This document shows positions 20,146 through 29,950 of a DNA stretch of 64,000 nucleotides, piece after piece. Each line of letters begins with the position of its first letter. Position 1 is the stretch's first letter. A model generated the notes under the pieces. The model saw only the letters and a program-made list of their open reading frames with translations. It searched no databases and was not told where the DNA came from. The stretch is from Brevinematales bacterium (GTDB taxonomy: Bacteria; Spirochaetota; Brevinematia; Brevinematales; JAOACQ01), in contig JBBFLL010000012.1 in assembly GCA_037479045.1 (NCBI GenBank), positions 2,355 through 66,354 of the forward strand, written 5' to 3'. The position numbers were made by a program, and so were the translations under genes.

Positions 20146-21285
20146 TTAATACTCCCAATTTGGCGCAATATCATCTAATGGTAAAACAACGATTTTTTCA
20201 GTAAGGTTATACCTTTGTTTGCCCGGATAAATAATCCAGAGTTTTTCAAGATTTAAATCTTTAATTGCCGTTTCCATGGATTTCGTTAGCTTAGGGGCAT
20301 CGGCAAATTTAAATTCACATCCCCATTTCTTACCATTGTGTATCCATAAAAGATCAAGTTCAGCACCACTGTGAACACTATAAAAAAACAATTCCTCATC
20401 TCTCTTTCCAAGAGATTTAGCAACAATATCTAATGCAAAACCTTCCCAGGATGCTCCGACCTTTGGATGAGAATAAAGAGTGTTTCTATCTTCAATTGAA
20501 AGTAAAGAGTGAAGTATGCCACTATCTCTGATATAAATCTTTGGCCTTTTTACAAGTCTTTTACCTATGTTTTCATACCAGGGCATTAAGATCCTTAAAA
20601 CAAAGGTTCCTTCAAGAATTTCAAGATAATGCCTGATAGTGGTATCAGAAACCCCAAAAGAACGAGCAATCTCTGAAAAATTTACTATATTGCCATGGTA
20701 GAAAGCAATCATAACCCAGAACCTATATAAGGTATATGAGGGAATTCTTATACCTAGTTGAGGGATATCCCTTTCAAGAAAAGTTCTGATATAATCTTTT
20801 CTCCATTCATTACTGATTCTATCGTTTTCAGCAAGTAGTGAAGGAGGCAATCCACCTCTGAAGTGGAAGTTTTTGTATTGTTCTTCTGAAAGATCTTCTT
20901 TTCTGAAACCTGTGAGGATATAGTATGAAATTCTACCTGCAAGACTTTCAGAACTCAATTTTATTAAATCTTTTGAAGCACTGCCCAGTATCAAAAAGCG
21001 ACTTTCTTGATTATTATCACAGTAATAACGTAATACTGGAAATAGATCTGGTTTTCGTTGTATCTCATCAATTACAATTAAACCTTTTACACCTGAAAAT
21101 TGTAATATTGGATTTTCGAGAGCGATTAGATCTACTGGATTTTCAAGATCAAATATTTTGGCTGGATTTAACATTCTTGCAATGGTCATTTTTCCAGATT
21201 GTCTTGGTCCTATTATTGCTGTAATTTGATAATTCTTAATTCTTGATTTAATTTCTGCTATGTCATATTTTCTTTCTATAAGCAT
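20146..21285 (-). CDS. AAA_14/DUF4143 ATPase with C-terminal nuclease-like motif
   Basis: GPRQSGKMT, IDEIQ, LGSAS, ESLAGR, GGLP, RPKIY.RDSG, ELDL...EFK. Confidence 0.9.
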   Translation of the reverse strand: MLIERKYDIAEIKSRIKNYQITAIIGPRQSGKMTIARMLNPAKIFDLENPVDLIALENPILQFSGVKGLIVIDEIQRKPDLFPVLRYYCDNNQESRFLILGSASKDLIKLSSESLAGRISYYILTGFRKEDLSEEQYKNFHFRGGLPPSLLAENDRISNEWRKDYIRTFLERDIPQLGIRIPSYTLYRFWVMIAFYHGNIVNFSEIARSFGVSDTTIRHYLEILEGTFVLRILMPWYENIGKRLVKRPKIYIRDSGILHSLLSIEDRNTLYSHPKVGASWEGFALDIVAKSLGKRDEELFFYSVHSGAELDLLWIHNGKKWGCEFKFADAPKLTKSMETAIKDLNLEKLWIIYPGKQRYNLTEKIVVLPLDDIAPNWEY

Positions 21286-21386
21286 ATTTCATCCTTGAAA
21301 TTTCAGTGATAAAGTTTGAAATTTCAAAAATATTATATAATGTTATATATTTTTTGTAAATACATTTTGTAATTTTTTTAAGGAAG

Positions 21387-21419
21387 AATGCTTCGTCACT
21401 ATTACTCCTCGCAATGACA
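21387..21419. repeat. Half of a GTCATTGCGAG...CTCGCAATGAC-type palindromic repeat
   Basis: TGCTTCGTCACT...CTCGCAATGACA; same terminal motif at 8523-8534 and 13581-13592. Confidence 0.55.
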
Positions 21420-21434
21420 AAGTGTGGTATTATT

Positions 21435-22169
21435 TTACCTCTCCAGATATCTTCTTGTAAAATAGCTTTTTGGAATTTCAACATCGAAATTAGCCTCTTC
21501 TATCACCACTATAGTTTTTGTGTCAGTTTTGAGTTTATCTGATACTATGCTTTTAGTTGGATAAGCCCTATTTTTATAAAATTTTATATCGCTTGACTCA
21601 AAAACTTTGAGTATTTTATCGCTTATAGCATACATTTCTTCTCTTAAAGGCACAAAATATTCTTTATCGACCCACATCTTTCGCTTGAAATAGTTTACTT
21701 CTTTAACCTTTGCTGTAAGTACTACAATATAGCAATCTCTCTCATTATATTTTTCTTCACCCGCAAGCTCAATATTGTATTTTTCATAAATCTCGTCAGA
21801 CTCAAGTGCATCTTCATAAGATATATCACTACCCATCATGCCTTGCTTGAGCAAATGTCCTGAAATGAGAAATGTATTATTCTCTTCCGAATCATAAACC
21901 CACATCTGCTTTCCAATCTTAAGGTAACGAGTATGCTTATCTTCCTTGTTTAAGAATTCTACGTATGAATTCTTGCTTCCTTCTGTCCATGATTTGAATC
22001 TTTTTATTCTCACGGGTTGATTTGGCAGATGTATTTCCATCCTCATTGTCATAACTGCGGTTTTGAAATTCAAATTGCTATCGACTTTACGTAATATTTC
22101 TTCACCTGTTATGGCAAAAAGATTTGTAGTAAGAAAAACTATTGCTAAAGCAAAATATTTTATATTCAT
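21435..22169 (-). CDS. LolA-like outer-membrane lipoprotein-sorting protein
   Basis: Start MNIKY after AGGAGG; signal peptide; MMGSDISYED, KMWVDK motifs. Confidence 0.85.
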   Translation of the reverse strand: MNIKYFALAIVFLTTNLFAITGEEILRKVDSNLNFKTAVMTMRMEIHLPNQPVRIKRFKSWTEGSKNSYVEFLNKEDKHTRYLKIGKQMWVYDSEENNTFLISGHLLKQGMMGSDISYEDALESDEIYEKYNIELAGEEKYNERDCYIVVLTAKVKEVNYFKRKMWVDKEYFVPLREEMYAISDKILKVFESSDIKFYKNRAYPTKSIVSDKLKTDTKTIVVIEEANFDVEIPKSYFTRRYLER

Positions 22170-22203
22170 AATGCCTCCTGCTTTCTTCTGAACATATTGC
22201 GAA

Positions 22204-22265
22204 GATCTGGTAGGCGGTGTGTAGAGAAACACGGCCGTGTACCTCTACACACCGCCTACCAGATC
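22204..22265. repeat. REP-like long palindrome
   Basis: 23-bp perfect arms GATCTGGTAGGCGGTGTGTAGAG; inner ACACGGCCGTGT. Confidence 0.85.
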
Positions 22266-22273
22266 AAATTTAC

Positions 22274-23548
22274 CTAAACACTTCTTATCGCATCCACAGC
22301 TTTCATCTTTGCAGCATGTCTTGATGGTATTATAGAGACAATTGCAGACACAAAGATTCCTAACACCATTGAGCTTATGATACTACCTATAGTTATAGAC
22401 CATCTTATAACATTATCCACGGGAAAATTTAAACTCCCCATTGAAGATGTAAAGTCAATGCCAAAGATAGAAAGCGGTATATTTATTAAAGTTCCCAGTA
22501 TAACTCCAGCAACACTTCCAATTCCTCCAAGTATAATTCCCTCTGCAGTGAAAAGAAATAGAATTTCCCTTTTTTTCATACCCATTGATTTAAGTATTCC
22601 AATCTCTCTTTTTCTTTCAAGAACAATCATCATCATTATGTTTGTTATAATGAATGCCCCAAGAAAAGCAATTGTAAAATAGAGAAAATTATATATCTTC
22701 AGTGCCTGATCCATCATTGCAAGAAATCCACTGGATTCTCTCCAATCCGCCGAAGTTAAGTATTTATATTCATCCTTCTCTTTAAGCAGGGATTTAATCT
22801 TTTTACTCAAAGGAATGGCTTCTTTATGATTTTTAAGCATTATTAAAATCTCCTGAACACCTCCATCAGTTTTAAGAATTTTTTTTGCATCTTCAATGTT
22901 TACCATAAATAGATTCTCGTCAATCATATTGAGACCAGTTCTGAATATGCCAACCACATAAAATCTCGGAATGTGAAGCCCGAGATCTGCACCCTGTAGC
23001 ATAAGGGAAAAATTGTCTCCAACTTTTAGTTCAAGAATTTCGGCAAGTTTTTTACCTATTATAACCTCTCTATATTTTTTGCCATCTTTTTCTATCACGT
23101 TTCCAGTTAAGTAACTACCCTCAACAATTGATTTATCAAGCATAAGAAGAGATTTTTCATTTTCTATATCTCCACCTATGCCAATAGCGGCTTTGTTATT
23201 GCCAGAATGCTGAAGAAGAACCGGAAATCTCATTCTTTCAGTAATTATCTCTATTTTAGCAGCAATATTTTTATCAGACTTTATGAAGTTAATTACCTCT
23301 TCTGGATTGTATACAAGATGTTGAACTGGCATATATTGAAGATTTTTAAAATACTCTTCTGACATAATCCTGATATGTCCACTTTCATTCTTTGTGGAAT
23401 TTTTAATCATATTTTCTACAAGACCATCAACAAGCCCCTGTAGAACAACTACAAGCATTAATGCAAGTCCCACAGAAATAATCGCCAGCATCGAACGACG
23501 TTTGTTCCTTTTGATATTTCTGAAAGCCATTTTTATTAACATTGACAT
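22274..23548 (-). CDS. LolE/FtsX-family ABC permease
   Basis: AFRNIKRNKRRS, ERKREIGILKSMG. Confidence 0.92.
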   Translation of the reverse strand: MSMLIKMAFRNIKRNKRRSMLAIISVGLALMLVVVLQGLVDGLVENMIKNSTKNESGHIRIMSEEYFKNLQYMPVQHLVYNPEEVINFIKSDKNIAAKIEIITERMRFPVLLQHSGNNKAAIGIGGDIENEKSLLMLDKSIVEGSYLTGNVIEKDGKKYREVIIGKKLAEILELKVGDNFSLMLQGADLGLHIPRFYVVGIFRTGLNMIDENLFMVNIEDAKKILKTDGGVQEILIMLKNHKEAIPLSKKIKSLLKEKDEYKYLTSADWRESSGFLAMMDQALKIYNFLYFTIAFLGAFIITNIMMMIVLERKREIGILKSMGMKKREILFLFTAEGIILGGIGSVAGVILGTLINIPLSIFGIDFTSSMGSLNFPVDNVIRWSITIGSIISSMVLGIFVSAIVSIIPSRHAAKMKAVDAIRSV

Positions 23549-23563
23549 ATTGTCCTCCTGCTC

Positions 23564-23623
23564 GCCTCACCACGCACAGGGTTGAGACGCACAGCCGTGC
23601 GTCTCAACCCTGTGCGGTAGGGC
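23564..23623. repeat. REP-like long palindrome
   Basis: 20-bp perfect arms CGCACAGGGTTGAGACGCAC / GTGCGTCTCAACCCTGTGCG; core related to 22204-22265. Confidence 0.85.
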
Positions 23624-23632
23624 AAATTTTAT

Positions 23633-24895
23633 CTACACAAACCTCAGGCAATCTGTAGCCTTAAGTTTTGAAGCATATCTTGCTGGAATATATGCCGAAA
23701 TTAAAGCTGTAAAAAAGGCAAACAAAAAGCTAATTACAAAAGCAGCAACATTCCACTGTCCATAGATTGTCCCCCAAACCGGCATTCCAAGTTCCGTTCC
23801 GCTAACGCTTCCACCAAAGACAGCCTCAAGGTTATATCCAGAATATACAAGCCATAGATTTGCTAAAAAGCCGAGCAAAATACCTGCAAAGCCACCAATA
23901 AAGCCAATTACAATTCCCTCATAGAGAAAGAGTTTCCTTATTTCCTTTGGTTTTAATCCCATTGCAAGAAGGACACCAATCTCCTTTATTCTCTCATACA
24001 CTGCCATAAGAATTGTGTTAACAATTCCAACACCTGAGATTATAAGCATAAGAAATATAATGATGAATGAAGAAACTCTCTTTTGTTTCATCAAAAGCAT
24101 AAAATCTCCAAAGGTTTCCATAAAGGAATAAACCTTATAGTCTGGCAATTTTTCCTGCAATAATCTTGCAATTCTCTCCACTTTTTTCCCGAAAGATGGG
24201 ATACTTTCACCTCTATTCCATTTCACCTTTATGTGAAGTGCAGTAATGTTTCCTTCAAGATTCAAAAGCCTTTCGGCTCCCTTGTAGGAGATGAATACTC
24301 CAGCCTCATTTATGGCTGGACTTGGAGAATTAATAAGTCCTGTAACCACATAGTCTACTGCATTATATGTCTCATACTTCGTTCTGGAACTGATTGTTAT
24401 TGTTTCACCAAACTTTATTCCAAGCTCTCTTGCAAGGTGAGCTCCCACAAGAACCTCATTCTCATTATCATTGAAATACCTTCCTTCTTTTATGCTTTGC
24501 TTTATTTCGAAGGTTTTAGCATCTATTTCGGGATCTACTACTGTGCCTACTATATACTTTGATTTACCAAAATATACAATTTCGCCCAAAAATTGAGTTC
24601 TTGGTGCAAGCGATTCTACTTCTGGTATTGATTTTGCTAATCCAGTAATCTTATCTACATCTTTGATGTTTTTGTTTAACGGAAAAGCCTTTTTGTTTTT
24701 GTCGTATTCAAGAGAGTATATAGTTATAGCACTATCAGTGTATTTAACAAGTGTTTCAGCAAGCATACTGTCTATACCAACAAAAAGTGAGTCGAAAAAT
24801 ATAAAGAACATAAGCCCTACAGCCATTGTAAATACGGTTATCAAAGTTCGCCTTTTATGTCTTGCTACATTTCTTATCGCCATTTTTAAAAGCAT
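23633..24895 (-). CDS. LolE/FtsX-family ABC permease
   Basis: RNVARHKRRT, ERIKEIGVLLAMG. Confidence 0.92.
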   Translation of the reverse strand: MLLKMAIRNVARHKRRTLITVFTMAVGLMFFIFFDSLFVGIDSMLAETLVKYTDSAITIYSLEYDKNKKAFPLNKNIKDVDKITGLAKSIPEVESLAPRTQFLGEIVYFGKSKYIVGTVVDPEIDAKTFEIKQSIKEGRYFNDNENEVLVGAHLARELGIKFGETITISSRTKYETYNAVDYVVTGLINSPSPAINEAGVFISYKGAERLLNLEGNITALHIKVKWNRGESIPSFGKKVERIARLLQEKLPDYKVYSFMETFGDFMLLMKQKRVSSFIIIFLMLIISGVGIVNTILMAVYERIKEIGVLLAMGLKPKEIRKLFLYEGIVIGFIGGFAGILLGFLANLWLVYSGYNLEAVFGGSVSGTELGMPVWGTIYGQWNVAAFVISFLFAFFTALISAYIPARYASKLKATDCLRFV

Positions 24896-24897
24896 AA

Positions 24898-25587
24898 CTA
24901 CCTCCTTTCATCAGAGGCAATCTGCCCGTCTTTTAAAATTATAAGCCTTTTTGCGTGTTTTTCAACCTTGGGGTCATGTGTAGAGAATATGAATGTTGTC
25001 TTTTCAATCTCATTCATCTGTTTCATTATTTCAATTATCTCTTCGGCTGTTGCAGAATCAAGGTTTGCTGTTGGTTCATCAGCAAGCACAAGGAGTGGTT
25101 TTTTCACAAGTGCTCTTGCTATTGCAACTCTTTGCTCCTGTCCACCAGAGAGTTCTCTCGGATATCTATTTTCCATGCCTTTTAATCCGACTTCTTCAAT
25201 AAGTTCCATTGTCCTTTTTTCTCTTTCAGAAGGGGATAATTTTTTCTCAATAATCATTGGAAGTTCGATATTTTCCTTCACTGTAAGAACTGGAATGAGA
25301 TTGTAGGATTGAAATATAAAGCCTATGTTTTGCTTTCTGTATTCTGAAAGCTCATCCTCTTTGAGATTTTTTAAAGCAGTTCCATCATAAATAACCTCTC
25401 CATTTGTCGGTACATCAAGACAACCTATAATGTTGAGTAAAGTTGTCTTTCCACTTCCAGAGGGGCCCATAATTGAAAGAAACTCTCCTCTCTCAATCTC
25501 AAGGTTTATCCCACGCAAGGCTTCAACTGAAATAGTGCCTTTTTTATACACCTTCTGTATGTCTTTCAAAACAAGTCGACCGTCCAT
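24898..25587 (-). CDS. ABC transporter ATP-binding protein (LolD-like)
   Basis: GPSGSGKT, LSGGQEQR, ADEPTANLD; start MDGR after AGGAGG. Confidence 0.95.
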   Translation of the reverse strand: MDGRLVLKDIQKVYKKGTISVEALRGINLEIERGEFLSIMGPSGSGKTTLLNIIGCLDVPTNGEVIYDGTALKNLKEDELSEYRKQNIGFIFQSYNLIPVLTVKENIELPMIIEKKLSPSEREKRTMELIEEVGLKGMENRYPRELSGGQEQRVAIARALVKKPLLVLADEPTANLDSATAEEIIEIMKQMNEIEKTTFIFSTHDPKVEKHAKRLIILKDGQIASDERR

Positions 25588-25736
25588 TTTGTACCTCCTG
25601 ATAGTTTCTTTTTTTATCAAAAAATTACAACAAAAGTCTACTATTTAAAATTGGTCTAACGTTGCTAACATTTCTTTAAAAATACAAAATTAACTTTTTA
25701 ATTTCTTTCTCAAATTTAAAAATAATAACAAACACT

Positions 25737-25960
25737 TGTCACCTTTTCTTTTGTCAAACGTCACAAAAGAAAAGGTGACACCAAAAGAAAAAGACTTTCT
25801 CGCCTTGTGGCTTGTTCAAAAGCGTAGCATTGAAAAAATCTACCCTCGCACATTCGCAATCCTTTGCTCAACGTGCTCGGGGCGGAAAACCTTCTGTTTT
25901 CCTTTGTAAAAAGTCAAGTATGATTTTTTCAGAAGTTTTAATCACAAGCCAACGGCAATC
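25737..25960 (-). repeat. Distant relative of the structured repeat element
   Basis: 18-bp hairpin TGTCACCTTTTCTTTTGT/ACAAAAGAAAAGGTGACA preceded on the minus strand by TTTTCTTTTGG, as in copies 1 and 2; internal GTTGAGC...GCGAAT motif. Confidence 0.55.
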
Positions 25961-26058
25961 TAAAGTGTTCCAATAAACTACCTAAATTAAACCTCTGTGT
26001 TTTTAACACCAGAACCAATTATAATACATCTTCCACTTTGCCAAAAGACTACTAATCT

Positions 26059-26373
26059 CTATTTCCTATATAACTTAATAATTGCTTCTATTTCATTTAA
26101 ATAATTCTCGAGAGATTTTTGTCCCTCCTCCGTTAATTCTATTTCTGTAAGTGGGCGATTGTCTTTGAATGACTTATTAATCCTTAAGTAACCCGCCTCT
26201 TCAAGTTTTTTTAACTGAACTGAAAGATTTCCAGAAGTAAGGTTTGAAATTTCCTTCAGTTCGTTGAAAGAAATTTTTTTATCAATTTTGCTTGCTAAAA
26301 TTGTAAGAATCAATAAACGTGCCTTCTCGTGAATTATTCTGTCAAGTTTAATATCTTTAAAAAAATCATTCAC
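26059..26373 (-). CDS. Winged-helix transcriptional regulator (HTH_34/MarR-like)
   Basis: LDRIIHEKARL, TSGNLSVQLKKLEEAGY. Confidence 0.9.
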   Translation of the reverse strand: MNDFFKDIKLDRIIHEKARLLILTILASKIDKKISFNELKEISNLTSGNLSVQLKKLEEAGYLRINKSFKDNRPLTEIELTEEGQKSLENYLNEIEAIIKLYRK

Positions 26374-27028
26374 CTTTTGCCTTCCTTGTCAAACTTGAAA
26401 TCGTAGCAACAATGAAATAAATTAAGAATCCTATACCGAATATTATTCCACTCCATAGCCACGCCTCAACCGGTTTATCGTGAATAAAAAATAAGCTCAA
26501 GCTTCCACCCGCAATTATAAAATATCCAGTAAGCTCAAGTGCTAAAGAAGCATTAAAAAAACTTCCATAAATACAGAATAGAATTCCACACCCAATAGCC
26601 CAAACTGGAAGAATAAACTGATAAAGTTTTACTACAGAAAGCCCTATTGTAAAGGCAATAATTAGCGTTAGGATCAGAATTATTATTCTTAAGACTGAAA
26701 TGCCAACGACTTTTATAATCATGTTTGGCCATGGGTTTTCAGGAAATAAAAAATCCCATATCTTCCACTTCAATAAGCCTGTTATAATAACAAGCAAAAT
26801 TATAGAGATGGTTAAAATCCATTTGAAAGTTGTTGGTTCGACAATCTGTTTGCTAAGGAAAAAATATGCAAGAAACGAAAGGATTGATAAAACTGCACCA
26901 AAAAATAAGGTAAGATATCTCATTCCCTTAGATTCAAGAAACCTCTGAAAATAAGCACTATCTCTTGAAATAACTTCTTTAATAAAGTGAATATCTTCAA
27001 GAGCCTTTTCTATTTCATTTTTATTCAT
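26366..27028 (-). CDS. Membrane protein (about 6 TM) coupled to the regulator
   Basis: Hydrophobic segments; overlaps the regulator start. Confidence 0.75.
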   Translation of the reverse strand: MNKNEIEKALEDIHFIKEVISRDSAYFQRFLESKGMRYLTLFFGAVLSILSFLAYFFLSKQIVEPTTFKWILTISIILLVIITGLLKWKIWDFLFPENPWPNMIIKVVGISVLRIIILILTLIIAFTIGLSVVKLYQFILPVWAIGCGILFCIYGSFFNASLALELTGYFIIAGGSLSLFFIHDKPVEAWLWSGIIFGIGFLIYFIVATISSLTRKAKGE

Positions 27029-27193
27029 AACTCCTCCATTCAGTTTATACTATAAACTAATTTATTGTATAAAATTTTTTATGAAATGTCAAGAGAAAAA
27101 ATTAATATTTTTAAAAAATTTCCATAATGGTAGATTTTACAAAAGTCAATTGTTATTTGACTTTGTATTGTTTTTATTTTAACATAACTTATT

Positions 27194-28432
27194 ATGAAAA
27201 TTTCAATGCTTGCAATTGGTAATGAATTGCTCGAAAATGTTAATGAGTCAAATAGCCTGTTTTTAGCTAATCTGCTTTCTCTGGAAGGATTTAAACTTGA
27301 GAGAGTTTTAATATTAAGAGATGATCTGGAAGAGATAAAAAGAGGGTTTGATTTTCTTTCTCAAATTTCTGATGTAATAATCTGTTCTGGAGGTCTTGGA
27401 CCAACAAATGACGATTTAACAAAAGAAGGATTGGCTTTATTTCTTAAAGAAGAACTTCATATTAATGAAAAAATTCTTGATAATATAAAAAATATTTTTG
27501 AGAAAAGAGGAAAAAATTTTCATCCTTCAAATAAAAAACAAGCGTTAATTTTTGAAAATTCAACAATTCTTGAAAATCCTGTAGGAACAGCTCCCGGCCT
27601 ATATTTAAAAAGGAACAATAAAGAATATATTTTATTACCCGGTGTACCAACAGAATGGCAAGAAATGCTTAAATTGTACTTGAATGATTTTATCCTTCTA
27701 TGGAGTAAATCTTATAATAAAAGAGTCTTCAGTTTTTTTTATGATTGTTTTGACATTCCAGAGGGAGAGCTTGATTATATAATCAACTCTCGACTTGATA
27801 ATAGAATTATTTCTTCAGGAACTATTGCAAGAAGTGGTATTATAACTTTCAGATTGGATATTGAAGCGAATAACAAAAAAGAAGCTGGATTAATAGCCAA
27901 AGAATTTGTAAAAGAAAAACTTTCGGAAATACAAAATAAAATTTTTGAAAATACTTTTGGTGGTATTGAGTCACATATAGTTTCCAAAATGAAAGAAAAA
28001 AGTAAAAAACTTGTTGTTGCAGAGTCCTGCACTGGAGGTTTATTGTCAAAGATAATTACAGATGTTCCGGGGTCTTCAAGCATTTTTTTTGGTGGCATTG
28101 TTTCTTACAGTAATGAAATGAAAAACTCAATATTAAAAGTTCCAGAAGAAATCATATCGAAATATGGAGCAGTTTCTTCAGAAACAGTAAGTTTTATGGA
28201 CATAGGTTTAAAAAAACTATTTCCAGAAATTGACTATAGAATCTCCATAAGTGGTATAGCTGGTCCTGATGGGGGGACAATTGATAAACCTGTAGGAACT
28301 GTATTTATAGCCTTTGGTAATAAAGAGAATGTAAAGATAGAAAGATTAAACTTGACTGGCAATAGATCTGAAATACGACAAAAAAGTGTAAACTATGCTT
28401 TAGGAACGCTTTTAAAAGAATTATATCATTGA
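27194..28432 (+). CDS. cinA: CinA family protein (molybdopterin-binding-like domain plus NMN deamidase)
   Basis: IGNELL, GGLGPTNDDLT, NPVGTAPG, AESCTGG, SGIAGPDGG. Confidence 0.93.
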   Translation: MKISMLAIGNELLENVNESNSLFLANLLSLEGFKLERVLILRDDLEEIKRGFDFLSQISDVIICSGGLGPTNDDLTKEGLALFLKEELHINEKILDNIKNIFEKRGKNFHPSNKKQALIFENSTILENPVGTAPGLYLKRNNKEYILLPGVPTEWQEMLKLYLNDFILLWSKSYNKRVFSFFYDCFDIPEGELDYIINSRLDNRIISSGTIARSGIITFRLDIEANNKKEAGLIAKEFVKEKLSEIQNKIFENTFGGIESHIVSKMKEKSKKLVVAESCTGGLLSKIITDVPGSSSIFFGGIVSYSNEMKNSILKVPEEIISKYGAVSSETVSFMDIGLKKLFPEIDYRISISGIAGPDGGTIDKPVGTVFIAFGNKENVKIERLNLTGNRSEIRQKSVNYALGTLLKELYH

Positions 28433-28439
28433 GGTGTTT

Positions 28440-28745
28440 ATGGAGTGGATTAAAATTGCTTTATTTATGTTATTTTTCTTAATAATTGAACTACTGGCTG
28501 GATTTTTACTCTACCTCTTTGCTGTTAACTTAAAAGACATATATGTAATTTTTTCTATAATTACTATTATAGCTATTTTTATTGGATTGCTTTATTCAAG
28601 ACATAAAGAAAGAAAAAAAATCATCCCGTTAAAAAAACTGTATGAAGGATATAGAAAGAATATATTTTTAACCTTTTCTTTAATTATATCCTTTCTATTG
28701 ATTTTTTTAATTTTTTCTATTGTTCTCATTTTTTTAAATAAATAA
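28440..28745 (+). CDS. Small membrane protein (3 TM)
   Basis: Hydrophobic ORF directly after cinA, with GAGG RBS. Confidence 0.6.
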   Translation: MEWIKIALFMLFFLIIELLAGFLLYLFAVNLKDIYVIFSIITIIAIFIGLLYSRHKERKKIIPLKKLYEGYRKNIFLTFSLIISFLLIFLIFSIVLIFLNK

Positions 28746-28807
28746 TTTTTTAATTGACTTTTCTTAAAATAATGTTTATAATGAACACGTGTTTTTAGGA
28801 GGTGCTT

Positions 28808-29893
28808 ATGAAAAAAATCAAAATATTAGCTATTCTTTTTTTGTTTATGTATGGATGTGAAAGTGCTTTAAACACAGGTTCTGGTTCTTTAACACCATCA
28901 TATAATACAGATGAAACCTTAAGGCAAATAGCAGAAGAAAAAGGAATATATGTAGGAGCTGCTGTTGCCGACACTCCTTTATTCTCAAAAAATGAACCTT
29001 ACTCTAATGTTTTTGTAAAAGAATTCAACATGATGGTTTGTGAAAATGAAATGAAATTTGAATACTTGCAGACAAGTTCAAACAATTTTTATTGGACAAT
29101 TGCTGATAGAATGGTAAATGTAGCTTTAGCCAATAATATGAAAATACGTGGACATACTCTTTTATGGCATAGTCAAAGTGGCTGGGCATCAAATGTCAAT
29201 AATCCTGCTGCTTTAAGTAATATACTTTCAAATCACATTTTTACAGTTATGAAACGTTATTCAAACAAAATAAATTATTGGGACGTTGTAAATGAAGCTA
29301 TTGAAGTAAATAATGCTCTCAGCAATTCAAGTAATTTTTATGATCATTTGAGAAAATCATTCTGGTGGACAAATCTTGGTAGCAATTATGTAGAGTATGC
29401 TTTTCAACTTGCAAGAGCCGCAGATCCAACAGCAAAACTTTTCTATAATGATTATGGAATAGAGGCATACAATACTAAAGCTCTATATACTTATCTACTG
29501 GTAAGTAATTTAAAAGCAAAAGGGCTTATTGATGGAGTCGGGTTTCAGATGCATATTGACACAAATTTCAAACCTTTTCAAAATGGATTTGCCTCAAACC
29601 TTAAAAGATTTTCTGATCTTGGTCTTGAGTTACATATTACTGAAATGGATGTAAGAATACCAATTCCCGCCAACTATACATCTTATAGTCAACAGGCAAA
29701 TACTTATAGAGAAGTGATTTCAACTGCTCTATCCAACTCGAATGTAACAGCAATAGTTTTCTGGGGATTTACAGATAAATATTCATGGGTCCCAGGATTC
29801 TTCACTAACTATGGGGATGCTTTGTTGTTTGACAAAAATTATCAAAGAAAACAAAGCTATAATGCTGTTATGGAAGTTTTGAAAAACAAGTAA
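28808..29893 (+). CDS. GH10 endo-1,4-beta-xylanase, lipoprotein
   Basis: Lipobox MYGC; ENEMK, RGHTLLWH, WDVVNE, YNDY, HITEMD. Confidence 0.93.
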   Translation: MKKIKILAILFLFMYGCESALNTGSGSLTPSYNTDETLRQIAEEKGIYVGAAVADTPLFSKNEPYSNVFVKEFNMMVCENEMKFEYLQTSSNNFYWTIADRMVNVALANNMKIRGHTLLWHSQSGWASNVNNPAALSNILSNHIFTVMKRYSNKINYWDVVNEAIEVNNALSNSSNFYDHLRKSFWWTNLGSNYVEYAFQLARAADPTAKLFYNDYGIEAYNTKALYTYLLVSNLKAKGLIDGVGFQMHIDTNFKPFQNGFASNLKRFSDLGLELHITEMDVRIPIPANYTSYSQQANTYREVISTALSNSNVTAIVFWGFTDKYSWVPGFFTNYGDALLFDKNYQRKQSYNAVMEVLKNK

Positions 29894-29919
29894 TCTTCTC
29901 CTATTTTATAGATTTTTTA

Positions 29920-29950
29920 GAAAGAGGGATAAAATTTTTATCCCTCTTTC
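29920..29950. terminator. Inverted repeat between convergent genes, probable terminator
   Basis: GAAAGAGGGATAAAA / TTTTATCCCTCTTTC. Confidence 0.7.

Noticed and set aside
21263-21484. 73-aa ORF bridging the LolA-like and AAA genes
   Set aside because: Overlaps both neighbours and reads through the palindromic half-repeat.
8513-25960. Possible CRISPR array or tRNA/rRNA among the GC-rich intergenic islands
   Set aside because: No regularly spaced repeat-spacer units, no cas genes, and no cloverleaf or rRNA signatures.
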